A DNA stretch of 64,000 nt from Candidatus Hydrogenedentota bacterium (GTDB lineage Bacteria > Hydrogenedentota > Hydrogenedentia > Hydrogenedentales > SLHB01), in the NCBI GenBank assembly GCA_963745075.1, contig CAVUWV010000013.1:1-64000 (forward strand). Direction: 5' to 3'. The translations under genes and the position numbers were made by a program. Positions 1 to 11,643 of this stretch are shown here, in pieces; positions within the stretch are counted from its first letter, which is position 1; every line of letters begins with the position of its first letter. The notes under the pieces were generated by a model. That model was not told the origin of the DNA. It searched no databases and saw nothing but the letters and a program-made list of their open reading frames with translations.

Positions 1-2289
1 TGTCCTATGCCTGCACGCCAATGGTTACTACATTCCGCTCGAGAAGCGGCCAGAAGCCTTCGACGAGTACGGGCGCGAGGTCAACGCCGAGGCCGGGCAG
101 CATTATAAGATCCCGGACCTTGCTTTGGGCCGCGGCAAGTCGTACACAGCGACGGTGGTGGATGCCGATGGCCATCCCATCCCTGAAGCCACAGTCACCG
201 CACAGACCGAAATACGAAATCATCGGATCGAGAATACGGCACTGAGCAGCGACGATGGGACGTTCACGGTGTCTGGCTTTCCGTCGACCGTGGCTCTGTA
301 CGTGTGGGCGGAGAAGGGCAATTTGGTATCCGGAACGTCCGGCCCCTACCCCTTACCGCAAACCGCGGAAGCGGGGGTCCCCATCGTGTTGCAGCCGGAA
401 GCCACCGTTCGCGGTACGGTTGTCGACGAGGACGGAGTTCCTCAGGCGGGGCTTCGGGTCTTACCGCGGTTTACATGAAGCGGAGCGGCCGGAGATATCC
501 GATGCCGGCGAAGCCGATGCGCAAGGCCATTTCGAACTGACCGGCATGTTTGCGGGGAGCCCGTCGCTCGGGGTCTACCGGGACTACGAAACGGTTACTG
601 CCGGGCCGGAACCCACCATTTCGCTCGAACCCGGCGCAGTACTGGAAGGTGTTGAGTTGGTATGCCGCTCAGGCAAATTGTCCATCGCCGGAATCGTGGT
701 CGACTCTCGTGGCAATCCAGTGGCGAGAGCGATGATCACGTGCATTGGCAATGGGCTGAAATCGTATCCTCAGGCGGACAAAGAGGGGTGCTTCGCCGTC
801 GAGCATCTCGTGGCTGGAGAGATTTACTACGTGCTGAGAACGGGGAGTTTTTCCCCGCTGTGGCAACCGGGATTCGCGCGGGCTCAGTCGGCGTACGTCT
901 TGTAATGGAAGACGCGGCTACGGTGGAAGGCCGGGTTGTCGACGCCAAAACGGGAGCCCCCGTGCCCGAGTACAGCATCAAGTATTGCTACGAACCCAGT
1001 TTCATGCTGCTCGACCAGCGCTACGCACAGGTCAACAACAGCGACGGCGTCTTCCAATTTTCGGTAGCGCAGGAGGGGGAGGTTCGCATTGCCGTTCGTG
1101 CCGACGGCTATCTCCTAGGCTACGTGTCCGTGAAAATCGACAAGACAATGCCCGAGATCCGTAACGTCGAGATTCCCTTGCAACCGCAACCGGATTTGAC
1201 GGGCGTGGTTCACAAAGTTCGGGACCAGCCGTCGCCGGTGCACTGGTTTTTTCGGGTGCACCCCGCGATCGATGGGACGAGAGTGCGGCCTCGTGCAAGA
1301 CAGGGGATGACGGAACCTTCGTGCTTCCAGCCGCGAAGCTTGCCCATAACTTCATTACCGTCGTGCACCCAAACTACGCGCGGGCGACTGTTTCCTTGGA
1401 GCCCGAGCACTACGCGGGCAAGCGAATCGACGTGGTTCTGCCTGACGGTGGCGTTGTGACCTGCACGATCTTGCGGGACGGCGCGCCGTGTCCCGATGCG
1501 TACGTCGCGTTGATGGGGCAATCGGGGGAACGCAACGGACATACGTCAAGCGATGGGCGCATCGTATTTGAACGCGTTGGCACCGGCGAGTACCGGCTGA
1601 GTTGCAGTCTTCCCCCAGCCGATGGCGTTCCCTCTTTTCTACCATACCGAGAGCGTCTTCGTTGAAGGTGGCGGCGCGGTCGAAATTCTCCGGGACTTTC
1701 GGTCGGGCTCCGCGACGGTCTGGGGGGAAATACGTGCCGATGGGGACTGGCGCGTGCCGAACTCACCGTTGACACCGAGTCGGGCACTCAGGCGTACCGG
1801 CTGATGCGGCCCGATGATACGCCGGTCTGGCAGTATGCGTTTTCCAATCTACCAGCCGGTCCGGCGATTCTGAATGTGACCAGCGGAAGTGGGGGAGAGG
1901 AACATTGGATTGTGTCGAAGCGCGTGGACTTGACCATTCCGCCGGGTGGATCGTTGCGGGAAGAAGTGAACATGGAAGGCGGGGCCACCGTCCGCGGCAT
2001 TATCCGTGGACTGGCCCCGGGTGATAGCGCCCGGGTATATGCCCTTCACGGCGAGTTCTCGAAGGATGACTGGATGGACGGGCGGTACGACATGGGCACC
2101 GATTTTTGCGCAAACATTCCCGTCGCTAGGAATGGGTCGTTTGCGATGTCCGGGTTCCAACCTCGCGTATACACCCTGGTCGCGCTGACCTATTCGGCAG
2201 AACACCGCCAGGGGTTCCAATCGCGGCTGGACACAAAGATTGTGGAAATCACCGGCGAGGATGTGGACGTATCATTCGCGCTTCGTTGA
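1..2289 (+). pseudogene. Carboxypeptidase-regulatory-like (prealbumin-like beta-sandwich) repeat protein, 5'-truncated by the window and split by about 5 frameshifts
   Basis: Overlapping ORFs 125-478, 255-905, 662-1459, 1321-1665 and 1804-2289 each carry 'GxVVDxxGxP(V/I)xxA' / 'SDGxF' repeat units in different frames. May be one gene with sequencing indels. Confidence 0.65.
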
Positions 2290-2395
2290 CGATGGACCGC
2301 GACGTGGTACGGACTTTCAACCCGCATTCGTCTTCTTGACCCGTAATTTATGACGTTTCAAATCATGGACAGGAAGGCTGTGGCGCCTCGAACGC

Positions 2396-3460
2396 TTACC
2401 GGATTTCCAGCATGCGGTCGATGGGGAGGCGGGCGTCGCGGATGAGGTCGTCGGAGAGTTCGACCTTGTACTGGATGTTTTCCAGGGCCGCGAGCGTGTC
2501 TTCCAGCGTGATCTGTCCCATGTGGGGGCAGCGATGGCTGCAGAGGCGGAGCATTTCCTTTTCCGGGTTTTCCGCGGCGATGTTGTCGCCCATGCTGCAT
2601 TCGGTGAGGAGGAGATAGCGTTCGGCGTCCGTCTTGCGGACGTATTCGATCATCTGTTTCGTGCTGCCGGAGGCGTCGGCGACTTCCAGGACCTCGGGGC
2701 TGACCTCCGGATGGGCCACGATCACCACGTCGGGGAACTGTTTGCGAACGGCGGCCACGTCTTCCGGCGTGAACAGTTCATGGACCTCGCACCGGGCGCT
2801 CCACCCGATGACGGCGCGGTCGGGTAAAGGCACGGCCTCTTCCGTATTGGCCACCACGAAGGGCAGTCCCATTTCCTTGGCGGTGTTGTGGGCCAGATAC
2901 TGGTCGGGCAGGAAAATGATGTGGTCGTGCCCTTTGTCCATCAAATGACGAACCACGGCCGCGGCGTTGCCGGACGTGCAGCAGTAGTCGGATTCGGCCT
3001 TCACGTCGGCGTACGTATTCACGTAACTCACCACCGGCACGCCGGGATAGAGGCGTTTGAGCGCGCGCACGTCGTCGGCGGTAACACCCGCGGCCAGGGA
3101 ACAACCGGCCTTCTCGGAAGGGATGAGCACGGTCTTTCCCGGGTTCAGGATCTTCGCGGTTTCGGCCATGAACTGCACGCCGCAAAACACGATGATGTCC
3201 GCATCCGTCTCGGCGGAAATGCGGGCCAATTCCAGCGAATCGCCCGCGTAGTCGGGCACGGAGTGGAAGAGGGCGGGTTCCATGTAGTTATGGCCCAGGA
3301 TTACCGCGTTCAACTCGCGTTTGAGCACATTAATGCGGTAGGCGAGGTCGGCTTTCAGTTGGAGTTCTGCATCCGGCACGACCTTGGAAAGCTTGCGCCG
3401 CATACGCTCCAACGTTTCTTCGCGGGTTGGCGCTTCTTGTACGGTTAGCAGATTGCTCAT
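2396..3460 (-). CDS. nadA: Quinolinate synthase A ([4Fe-4S])
   Basis: Motifs HNYM, GDSLELA, FCGVQFMAETAKILNP, AGCSLA, YVNT, CEVH, AHPE, CPHM. Confidence 0.95.
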   Translation of the reverse strand: MSNLLTVQEAPTREETLERMRRKLSKVVPDAELQLKADLAYRINVLKRELNAVILGHNYMEPALFHSVPDYAGDSLELARISAETDADIIVFCGVQFMAETAKILNPGKTVLIPSEKAGCSLAAGVTADDVRALKRLYPGVPVVSYVNTYADVKAESDYCCTSGNAAAVVRHLMDKGHDHIIFLPDQYLAHNTAKEMGLPFVVANTEEAVPLPDRAVIGWSARCEVHELFTPEDVAAVRKQFPDVVIVAHPEVSPEVLEVADASGSTKQMIEYVRKTDAERYLLLTECSMGDNIAAENPEKEMLRLCSHRCPHMGQITLEDTLAALENIQYKVELSDDLIRDARLPIDRMLEIR

Positions 3461-3632
3461 CGCGTCTGTATCCCTTTGTCACGGAATGGGTTCCGCGCAT
3501 GGTGACTGAAGTATTGCCCGGTAAGGGATTGCCAAGCAATCGAGGTTTACGGGCCTTTCAAATACAAATCGCCACAATAAGTATATCCGGGAAGGCTACC
3601 ACTTCGGCGGCGATGGATTCAACGGGGGGCGG

Positions 3633-4085
3633 TTATTCCGTGGTGATGGTTTCGCCCTTCCCGTCGAGGGCGGAGAGCATCGAGTGCCAGGCCAGGGTAG
3701 CGCACTTGATGCGAACGGGAAACTCACGCACGCCCGCAAAGACCCGAAGCTTGCCAAGTTCTTCCTCGTTGACCGGTGAATCGGGGCTCGAAGTCACCAT
3801 ATTGTGGAACTTGAGGAACAAGGCCTCAGCCTCTTTCTTTGTCTTGCCCTTGAGCAGCATGGTCATCACGGAGGCCGACGATTTCGAAATGGCGCAGCCC
3901 GCGCCGCTGAAGCTCACGTCCTCGATAACGTCTTCGTTGATTTTCACGTAGACCGTGAAGTGATCCCCGCACAACGGATTGTAGCCCTCGACCTTGTAGT
4001 TTGCGTCGGGCATTTCGTGAAAGTTGCGGGGCTTCTTGTTGTGTTCGAGGATGACCTGCTCGTACAGCGCGCGATTGCTGGACAT
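3633..4085 (-). CDS. sufU: SUF system NifU-family sulfur-transfer/scaffold protein
   Basis: NPLCGD, GCAISKSSAS, RIKCATLAWH; abuts sufS. Confidence 0.93.
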   Translation of the reverse strand: MSSNRALYEQVILEHNKKPRNFHEMPDANYKVEGYNPLCGDHFTVYVKINEDVIEDVSFSGAGCAISKSSASVMTMLLKGKTKKEAEALFLKFHNMVTSSPDSPVNEEELGKLRVFAGVREFPVRIKCATLAWHSMLSALDGKGETITTE

Positions 4086-5371
4086 TAATCGAAAACCTCT
4101 TTCACCTTCTTAATCGCGTCCGCCATCGCGTCCAAGTCTTCTTTCGTGTTGTAGAAGGCCAGTGACGCACGGGCCGTGGCTGGAATTCCGAAACGCTGCA
4201 TCACCGGTTGCGCGCAGTGGTGGCCGGCACGAATCGCGACACCGCAATCGCTGAAGATCTGGCCGATATCGTGGGGATGGGCGTTCTCCAGGGTAAACGA
4301 AAGCACCCCGGCCCGCTCTTGAGCGTTCCCGATGATGCGGACCCCGTCTATGGATTCGAGCAGCTTGACGCCGTAACGGGTCAATTCGTGCTCGTACGCC
4401 GCAATCCGGTCCATTCCGATGGCGTCCAGATAGTCGACGGCCGCGCCCATCCCGATCGCGCCCGCGATGTTGGGCGTGCCGGCTTCAAACTTGTACGGCA
4501 GGCTGCTGTACGTGGTTTTTTCAAAGGTCACGGAAAGAATCATGTCGCCGCCGCCCATAAAGGGGGGCATCTCATTCAGCAGTTCCGCCTTACCGTATAC
4601 CATGCCCATTCCGGTCGGGCCGACCATCTTGTGGGCCGAGCAGGCGTAGAAATCGCAGTCCATTTCCTTCAGGTTGACGGGAAGGTGAGGGGCGGCCTGT
4701 GCGCCGTCGACCAGCACGGGTACGCCGTGCTCGTGGGCGATTGTGATGATTTCGCGGACCGGATTAATCGTGCCTAGCGCGTTCGACACATGGTTCACCG
4801 CGACCAATTTGGTCTTGCTGGTGATAAGGTTCTTGAATTCGTCGAGCAGCAGTTCGCCGCGATCGTTCATGGGGATGACGCGGAGTTTTGCGCCCTTTTC
4901 TTCGCACAACATCTGCCACGGCACGATGTTTGAATGGTGCTCCATGGCGCTGATGATGACTTCGTCGTCGTTGCCCACGTTTTTTCGGCCGTAGGTCTGC
5001 GCGACCATGTTGATGCCTTCCGTTGTACCGCGCGTGAATATCACCTCGCAGCTCAAGGGAACGCCGAGGAAACGCTGGACTTTCTTGCGGGACTGTTCGT
5101 AGGCTTCGGTGGCGATTTCGCTGAGATAATGCATACCGCGATGCACGTTCGAGTTTTCGGTGCGGTAGTAGCGATTGATCCGTTCGATGACGGCTTCGGG
5201 TTTGTGACTTGTTGCGGCGTTGTCCAGGTAGACGAGATTCGTGCCGTCGCGCTCGATGTGCAAGGCAGGGAAGTCCCGCCTAATCCGCTCGATATCGAGC
5301 GCGGTCAGTGGAGCCGTTTTATCGACTGCGGACTTCCTCTTCTGGTCCGCGGTTGCCATGCTGGTAGCCAA
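4085..5371 (-). CDS. sufS: Cysteine desulfurase, SufS type
   Basis: YLDNAAT, EHHSN, DGAQ, SAHK (PLP Lys), RAGHHCA (group II catalytic Cys). Confidence 0.95.
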   Translation of the reverse strand: MATSMATADQKRKSAVDKTAPLTALDIERIRRDFPALHIERDGTNLVYLDNAATSHKPEAVIERINRYYRTENSNVHRGMHYLSEIATEAYEQSRKKVQRFLGVPLSCEVIFTRGTTEGINMVAQTYGRKNVGNDDEVIISAMEHHSNIVPWQMLCEEKGAKLRVIPMNDRGELLLDEFKNLITSKTKLVAVNHVSNALGTINPVREIITIAHEHGVPVLVDGAQAAPHLPVNLKEMDCDFYACSAHKMVGPTGMGMVYGKAELLNEMPPFMGGGDMILSVTFEKTTYSSLPYKFEAGTPNIAGAIGMGAAVDYLDAIGMDRIAAYEHELTRYGVKLLESIDGVRIIGNAQERAGVLSFTLENAHPHDIGQIFSDCGVAIRAGHHCAQPVMQRFGIPATARASLAFYNTKEDLDAMADAIKKVKEVFD

Positions 5372-5392
5372 GAATACCTCTCTTACACGTCA

Positions 5393-6715
5393 TCAGCCAG
5401 GGATCGGACTGTACTTATTGTATACGAACTTCTCAAGCCGGGCCCGTACCGGGTCCACTTCGATTTGGTTTACCACTTCGTCGGCAAAGCCATAGGTCAA
5501 CATCCCGAGGGCCATGGCTTCGCTCATGCCGCGGGTCTGAAAGTAAAACACCAATTCCTTGGGCGGGCGGCCCACCGTTGCGCCATGCGTGCACTTCACA
5601 TCGTCAGCGAAGATTTCGAGCAGCGGTTTCGTGTCGATAGTGGCTTTGTCCGACAACACCATATTCTGGTTCAACTGATTGGAATCCGTCTTCTGTGCGT
5701 CGCGCCGGACCATGACCCTACCGCTAAAGACACCGTGGCTTTTGTCCTGCAATACGCCCTTGTATCCGATCCAGCTCGTGCAATTGGGTTTCGCGTGGTC
5801 GATGGACGTCGCGTTGTCGACGAGTTGATCGCCGTCCGTCATGTACAACCCATTGAGCGACGCATGGGCGCCTTCGCCGTCCAGCACCACGCTGAGATCG
5901 TTCCGGGCAATCTTGCCGCCCTGAAAGATGGAAAACGACTTGAATGTGCTGTCGCGATCCTGATGCACGCGGGTCGACGAGAGATGATAGCCGTTCGTGC
6001 TCTCGTGGAGCAGTTTGTACAACGTCAACTTCGCGCCTTCGTCCAGACTAATCTCCGTAACCGCGTTCTTGAAGTACGTCTTGTCGCCTGCGAGGCTCAC
6101 GTGGCTTTCCACGATCGTGGTCTCCGAATGGCGGTCCGCGACGATCAGGTTTCGAGGATAAGAAGCTGTGCCGCCATCCTGTCCGGTCGAAACGAAGAGC
6201 AGATGAACCGGAGCTGCGGCCATGTGATCTTTCGCGATGTGGACGCACGCGCCGTCTAACAGGAACGCCGTGTTCAACTCGGTGAACGCGTTTCCGGAAC
6301 CGTTCAGGTAGCGATTCAAGTGTTTCTCGACCAACTCGCCGTCCTTAGACAGCGCCTCCGCCAAACTACCGGCTTGCACCTTGCCTGCCGGGCTCGACAA
6401 ATCGGGCGCGAAGAACCCGTCCACAAACACGAGTTCGCACCAGTTGGGTTCGCCGTAGCGGAACGGCGCGACATCCTTCGCCGAAAGCCCGTGAGCGGCC
6501 GGTTCCACAGGGGAGCGGAACGGCGTCCGGATGACGGGCGCAACGTTGGTGAAGCGCCATTGCTCCATCTTCCGATGAGGGAATTCGATTGCCGTGAACC
6601 GATCGATGGCCTGCCGCCGCAACGTATTCACCCAGTCCTGTGTGGCGGGTTTCAGCCGTTCCAGGTCGGTAAGGTAATGCGTCTTATTTTCAACGCGTTC
6701 CGCGATTTCAGCCAT
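5393..6715 (-). CDS. sufD: Fe-S cluster assembly protein SufD
   Basis: EQWRFT; C-terminal KPLLEIFADDVKCTHGAT; lies between sufC and sufS. Confidence 0.93.
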   Translation of the reverse strand: MAEIAERVENKTHYLTDLERLKPATQDWVNTLRRQAIDRFTAIEFPHRKMEQWRFTNVAPVIRTPFRSPVEPAAHGLSAKDVAPFRYGEPNWCELVFVDGFFAPDLSSPAGKVQAGSLAEALSKDGELVEKHLNRYLNGSGNAFTELNTAFLLDGACVHIAKDHMAAAPVHLLFVSTGQDGGTASYPRNLIVADRHSETTIVESHVSLAGDKTYFKNAVTEISLDEGAKLTLYKLLHESTNGYHLSSTRVHQDRDSTFKSFSIFQGGKIARNDLSVVLDGEGAHASLNGLYMTDGDQLVDNATSIDHAKPNCTSWIGYKGVLQDKSHGVFSGRVMVRRDAQKTDSNQLNQNMVLSDKATIDTKPLLEIFADDVKCTHGATVGRPPKELVFYFQTRGMSEAMALGMLTYGFADEVVNQIEVDPVRARLEKFVYNKYSPIPG

Positions 6716-6749
6716 GGTGAGCCGTAAACTCCTCGTACAACGCGGTCAG

Positions 6750-7505
6750 TCAGACCGCGGCGAATTCTGATTTCACCCAGTCGTAGCCCTTTTCTTCGAG
6801 TTCGAGGGCCAATTCTTTCCCGCCCGACTTCACGATGCGCCCTTTATAGAGGACGTGCACGAAATCCGGCACAATGTAGTTGAGCAAGCGCTGGTAGTGC
6901 GTGACCACGATCATGGACCGCTTAGGGCCGCGCAGCTTGTTGACCCCGTCCGCGACGATGCGCAGGGCGTCGATGTCGAGCCCCGAATCCGTTTCGTCGA
7001 GGATGGCCAGCCGTGGCTCCAGCACCGCCATTTGGAGAATTTCATTGCGCTTCTTTTCGCCGCCGGAAAATCCTTCATTTACCGGCCGGTTCGCGAACGA
7101 GGGATCGATCGCCACCATCTCCATTTTCTCTTTCAAGAGTTCCTGAAAATCCATTGCATCGAGTTCTTCGATGCCGTGACTTTTCCGAATTTCATTCAAG
7201 CCGGCTTGCAGGAAGTATGCGTTCGAGATGCCCGGTATTTCGACGGGATACTGAAACGCCATGAACAAGCCAAGCCGCGCCCGTTCTTCGGCGGGCATTT
7301 CCAGGAGGTCTTTGCCGAGAAACGCAACCTCGCCCTCGGAAACCTCGTACTCTTCGTTTCCCGCGAGGACTTGTGCGAGGGTGCTTTTCCCGGAACCGTT
7401 CGGCCCCATGATGGCGTGCACTTCGCCGTCCTTGATCGTAAGGCTCACGCCTTTGAGGATCTCCACGCCTTCCACGCTCGCGTGCAGATTCGAAATCTCC
7501 AGCAT
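6750..7505 (-). CDS. sufC: Fe-S cluster assembly ABC ATPase SufC
   Basis: GPNGSGKST, FQYPVEIPG, FSGGEKKRNE, LDETDSGLD. Confidence 0.96.
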   Translation of the reverse strand: MLEISNLHASVEGVEILKGVSLTIKDGEVHAIMGPNGSGKSTLAQVLAGNEEYEVSEGEVAFLGKDLLEMPAEERARLGLFMAFQYPVEIPGISNAYFLQAGLNEIRKSHGIEELDAMDFQELLKEKMEMVAIDPSFANRPVNEGFSGGEKKRNEILQMAVLEPRLAILDETDSGLDIDALRIVADGVNKLRGPKRSMIVVTHYQRLLNYIVPDFVHVLYKGRIVKSGGKELALELEEKGYDWVKSEFAAV

Positions 7506-9026
7506 CTATCCAACACTCCCTTCCAGGCTGACGCCCAGCAATTTCGTCGCCTCGACGGCGAACTCCATGGGCAGGTGATCGAACACTTCCTTGCAGAAAC
7601 CGTTAATGACCATCGAAATCGCGTCCTCGGGGCCGATGCCGCGCTGTTTGCAATAGAACAACTGGGCTTCGCTGATTTTTGAGGTCGACGCTTCGTGTTC
7701 CACGTTCGCGGTGTTGTTACGCACCTCGATGTAGGGGAACGTGTGCGCGCCGCATTGGTCCCCGATGAGCAAGGAGTCGCACTGCGTGTAGTTGCGCGCG
7801 CTCGACGCCTTGGGCATGACCATGACCTGGCCGCGGTAGCTGTTGTTGCCGTGGCCCGCGGAAATCGTTTTCGAGATGATCGTGCTCCGCGTGTTTTTGC
7901 CCATGTGCACCATCTTGGTGCCGGTGTCCGCCTGCTGGCGAAGGTTACTCACGGCAACCGAGTAGAACTCGCCGACCGAGTTATCGCCCATCAGCAGGCA
8001 GCTCGGATACTTCCACGTAATGGCCGAACCGGTTTCGACCTGGGTCCAGGAAATCCGCGAATTGCGGCCCTGGCACTTGCCCCGTTTCGTCACGAAGTTG
8101 TAAATGCCGCCCTTACCGTCTTTGTCGCCCGCGTACCAGTTCTGGACCGTCGAGTAGTTGATGGTCGCATCGTCCAAGGCGACCAGTTCCACGACTGCGG
8201 CGTGCAATTGGTTCTCATCGCGCATGGGCGCGGTGCACCCTTCCAGGTAGTTTACGTACGCGCCTTCTTCGGCGACGATCAGGGTGCGTTCAAACTGTCC
8301 TGTACCCGCAGCGTTGATGCGGAAATACGTCGAAAGATCCATCGGGCACCGCACGCCTTTCGGGATGAAGCAAAAGGAGCCGTCGGAAAACACCGCCGAA
8401 TTTAACGCGGCGAAGAAGTTATCGTTCGCCGGCACTACGGAACCCAGATACTGCTTCACCAAATCCGGATGATTTTTAACGGCTTCGGAGAAAGAGCAGA
8501 AGATAATGCCCTTTTTCGCGAGGATTTCGCTGTGGGTTGTGGCAACGGACACACTGTCAAAGACTGCGTCCACCGCGACGCCGGACAGGCGTTTCTGTTC
8601 TTCCAGCGGAATCCCGAGCTTCTCGAAGGTTTCGAGGAGTTCTTTGTCAACCTCATCGAGACTGCTCAAGGGTTTCTTGTCGCGTTTTGGGGCGGAGTAG
8701 TAATGCTGAGCCTGGTAATCAATTACCGGGTAGGTGACGTTCGCCCAGCGGGGCTCGGTCATGGTCTGCCAATGCCGAAAGGCTTTCAGGCGCCATTCGA
8801 GCAGCCATTCGGGCTCTTCCTTCTTAGCCGAAATCACCCGAATTACGTCTTCGTTCAGGCCGCGTTCGATGGTCTCGGACTCGATGTCCGTAGTCCACCC
8901 GAACTTATAGCTCTGATTGGCCAACTCCGCAATCTCGCGATTGCTCTGTTCGACACGCGTACCGGTGTAAGCCTTGTCCTCGTCCGATTCATTAACTGCC
9001 GGCGTGTCTACTTTCGGAGTGCTCAT
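7506..9026 (-). CDS. sufB: Fe-S cluster assembly protein SufB
   Basis: [43 protein letters not shown]. Confidence 0.96.
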   Translation of the reverse strand: MSTPKVDTPAVNESDEDKAYTGTRVEQSNREIAELANQSYKFGWTTDIESETIERGLNEDVIRVISAKKEEPEWLLEWRLKAFRHWQTMTEPRWANVTYPVIDYQAQHYYSAPKRDKKPLSSLDEVDKELLETFEKLGIPLEEQKRLSGVAVDAVFDSVSVATTHSEILAKKGIIFCSFSEAVKNHPDLVKQYLGSVVPANDNFFAALNSAVFSDGSFCFIPKGVRCPMDLSTYFRINAAGTGQFERTLIVAEEGAYVNYLEGCTAPMRDENQLHAAVVELVALDDATINYSTVQNWYAGDKDGKGGIYNFVTKRGKCQGRNSRISWTQVETGSAITWKYPSCLLMGDNSVGEFYSVAVSNLRQQADTGTKMVHMGKNTRSTIISKTISAGHGNNSYRGQVMVMPKASSARNYTQCDSLLIGDQCGAHTFPYIEVRNNTANVEHEASTSKISEAQLFYCKQRGIGPEDAISMVINGFCKEVFDHLPMEFAVEATKLLGVSLEGSVG

Positions 9027-9344
9027 TCTTGCACCTCTTTAGTTCTACTGAACGCACCGCGCGGGCGCGGCAATTCATCTCTTTTATATGTAACAACTGG
9101 GTTGGCCTCAATTGTTTCGCTCGCAGCAGGCGAAAAGGCGGCTGATGCCGAATCGGACACAATGCGCGACCCGCCCTTCTCTCGTGAAGTAGTCAGCCGT
9201 GCCCAGGATGAGGTCCCCAACCGCGTCTGGCATGACGCCGAATCCAACCCTATTCTGTGGTTAGAACATCGTTGGGTAACTCCATATTCCCGAAGCAGTT
9301 CGGTTTGATGGAATTGCGGCCTTTGGGAACTATCGCGCCGCGTT

Positions 9345-10439
9345 CTACACCCCGAATCGCCGGCCTTCGTCCAACATTATCAAGTAGTTGTCTAACGGAA
9401 GGTAGTTCGTCACGCTGTTTCCGGTTCCAAGGCAATAGCCCCCGCCCGGCATACACAGTTCCAGTGTCGAACGCACCCGGTTTCGGATCTCCTTATCCGT
9501 TGCCCGGCACAAGAAGTCGATGTCGATACCGCCCAACAGGGCGATACGGTCGCCGTACGCTGTTTTTGCGTCGGTGACACTTTCGATGGTGTCTTCGAAC
9601 GAGTGCTTGGCGTCGATTCCGATTTCCTCGATGAGGTCGTCCATGATGAGGTCGATTTTTCCGCAGCAATGCAGGAGGTACGGCCGGCCCGCAGCATGGG
9701 AGCGTTCCGCCATCCGTTTGTGCCCGGGAAGCACGAATTCGCGCAGGTCGTCCGGACCGATCAGGAGGCCCGTCCGGAACCCCATGTCGTCGCTGCCCCA
9801 AACGATCTTGACGCGGTCAAATTCGAGGATGCGGTCGATGATTACGTCGTACATGTCGACCAGCCGTTGAGCGATGGCCGCCACCAGATCGCGCTGCTCA
9901 TAGAGCGCGATACAGAGCGTTTCATACCCCATCAGCCACGTCAGATACTCAGCGAAATGGGCGAACCCCCCGCTGCCGACGACGCACATGTCGTCCGGCA
10001 AGTTTTTCTCGTACCACTCCAGGGACCGCGTGGAAGCCTTTTGCGGGTCCGGCCACGGGTACGATTCAAATTCTTGCCAGTTCGTGATCGGACCCTTGTG
10101 CTCGTTGACGTAGTCGCGACCCTCCGCACGGCGCAGCCCGGCGGTGTCGTCCGCCTTGTCGTAGCGCAACGGCATGACGTGGTCCTCGACGCCCATGCGA
10201 ACGTAGTCGTAGCCGAGGAAGCGTTGAATGGCGATTTGGCGTTTCTGCGCGAAGTACGGGTCGGATGGCGACAGATCCCGTGTCAGGTCGAACCGCTGAT
10301 TGACTGCCTCCTGCACTTCCGGATCGAGGAAAAGCTCGATGTTGTAGACCCGATCCGGGGTACGATCTCGCGCAATACAACGGGTCAGCCCCTCCCAATC
10401 CGGGCGGACTTCGCGGTCAAAGGTGGAAAATGTGCCCAT
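9345..10439 (-). CDS. Uroporphyrinogen decarboxylase (URO-D/CIMS-like) family protein
   Basis: SDDMG, LHCCG, LLGGID, LGTGNS motifs of the URO-D/methyltransferase-like TIM barrel; substrate unknown. Confidence 0.8.
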   Translation of the reverse strand: MGTFSTFDREVRPDWEGLTRCIARDRTPDRVYNIELFLDPEVQEAVNQRFDLTRDLSPSDPYFAQKRQIAIQRFLGYDYVRMGVEDHVMPLRYDKADDTAGLRRAEGRDYVNEHKGPITNWQEFESYPWPDPQKASTRSLEWYEKNLPDDMCVVGSGGFAHFAEYLTWLMGYETLCIALYEQRDLVAAIAQRLVDMYDVIIDRILEFDRVKIVWGSDDMGFRTGLLIGPDDLREFVLPGHKRMAERSHAAGRPYLLHCCGKIDLIMDDLIEEIGIDAKHSFEDTIESVTDAKTAYGDRIALLGGIDIDFLCRATDKEIRNRVRSTLELCMPGGGYCLGTGNSVTNYLPLDNYLIMLDEGRRFGV

Positions 10440-10711
10440 GCATCCCCCAAGTGTGCCTGCCGATTACTCTGTCTTGGCGAGTGCGCCAAAAACGGATGCA
10501 CTCACAAATCACATAGTATACGCCATTTGTGTGAACCAGTCACATTCGATCGACGGTTCATAAACCACCCGGGATAATAGTTCTTGGAAAAATGGGCAAA
10601 GCCCGGTATTCTACGGGCGGTGGCTGCGACGGATTGAATCCAAGACCGATACTGTAAACACATAGTCGGCGGTTTATCGCATTATTCTTATTTTGTCCGC
10701 ATGTGGGGAGA

Positions 10712-11548
10712 ATGCCTGTGGATCCCATTCAGGAGTTTGTTGATTCCGAGGAAAAGGCCTCTATCCTGCCCACCTGGAATCTTGAGACCTTCTTGCGGAA
10801 TCACCCGGTGCTTTACCAGGTTCTGTACTCGGTGCTTGCGCTGGTCTTAGGCGTATCCAGGGGCTGCGGAACGGGTCCCTGCACCGAGGGTCAATTCGAC
10901 ACCCATATGTACCGGTATCCCTTGGAATTGGCGAGCGGGCACCGGTGCTACGAACTCTACGTGACCGATACCTACGACCCGAACCAAGCGTGGCCCTTAA
11001 TTCTGTTCGGACACGGCGTTCTCGAGTCGGGGGATGACGGCTACGCTCATTTGTCGGTGGGGATCGGACCGGCGCTGTCCAATTTCCCGCAGAATTACCC
11101 GTGCCTCGTTGCCATGCCTCAGCTCCCGTGGAACGTCACCGAGGAAGAGACCAAAGCCATCTACGACGCAACACTGGCGGATGTGCAGGCGCGCTACGCC
11201 ATTGACCCGAACCGGATCTACATGACGGGCATTTCGTATGGTGCGGCGGCGACGTGGCATTACGCTGCGATCAATCCCGGTGTATTTGCAGCGATTCTTC
11301 CCATCGCCGGGTCGGGGCGGAGGGCGGACATCCCCGCATTACTGGACATTCCGATCCGGACCTTTGCCGCGCAAAACGACGAACTGGGGGATACGACGAA
11401 GTGGGAGACATTTGTTCAGGAACTTGAGGATGCGGGCGCGGACATTACGGCTTCCGTATTGCCTGGTAGTTCACATGACATCTGGGATCGGGTGTACCGA
11501 AGTCAGGATGTGATCAATTGGCTTCTGTCGCAATCGCTGGGGCCGTAA
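10712..11548 (+). CDS. Alpha/beta hydrolase (esterase/peptidase-like) with an N-terminal hydrophobic segment
   Basis: PLILFGHG, IDPNRIYMTGISYG (GxSxG), candidate Asp (QNDE) and His (SSHDIW); start uncertain (10703/10712/10718). Confidence 0.8.
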   Translation: MPVDPIQEFVDSEEKASILPTWNLETFLRNHPVLYQVLYSVLALVLGVSRGCGTGPCTEGQFDTHMYRYPLELASGHRCYELYVTDTYDPNQAWPLILFGHGVLESGDDGYAHLSVGIGPALSNFPQNYPCLVAMPQLPWNVTEEETKAIYDATLADVQARYAIDPNRIYMTGISYGAAATWHYAAINPGVFAAILPIAGSGRRADIPALLDIPIRTFAAQNDELGDTTKWETFVQELEDAGADITASVLPGSSHDIWDRVYRSQDVINWLLSQSLGP

Positions 11549-11582
11549 TCCGGGATGCGATACGCAACGTGCCGGCACATGA

Positions 11583-11619
11583 GACCGCCGCGCTCCGATT
11601 TTTTGGGGGCGCGGCGGTC
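11583..11619. terminator. Hairpin between the convergent hydrolase and ahcY genes
   Basis: GACCGCCGCGCTCC ... GGGGCGCGGCGGTC inverted repeat. Confidence 0.55.
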
Positions 11620-11643
11620 GTTGGTCTGGTATGCGGCGCTACT

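Noticed and set aside
10530..10544. CRP site TGTGA-ACCAG-TCACA
   Set aside because: The spacer is 5 nt rather than the required 6, and it does not fit Rex either. It may still bind another factor.
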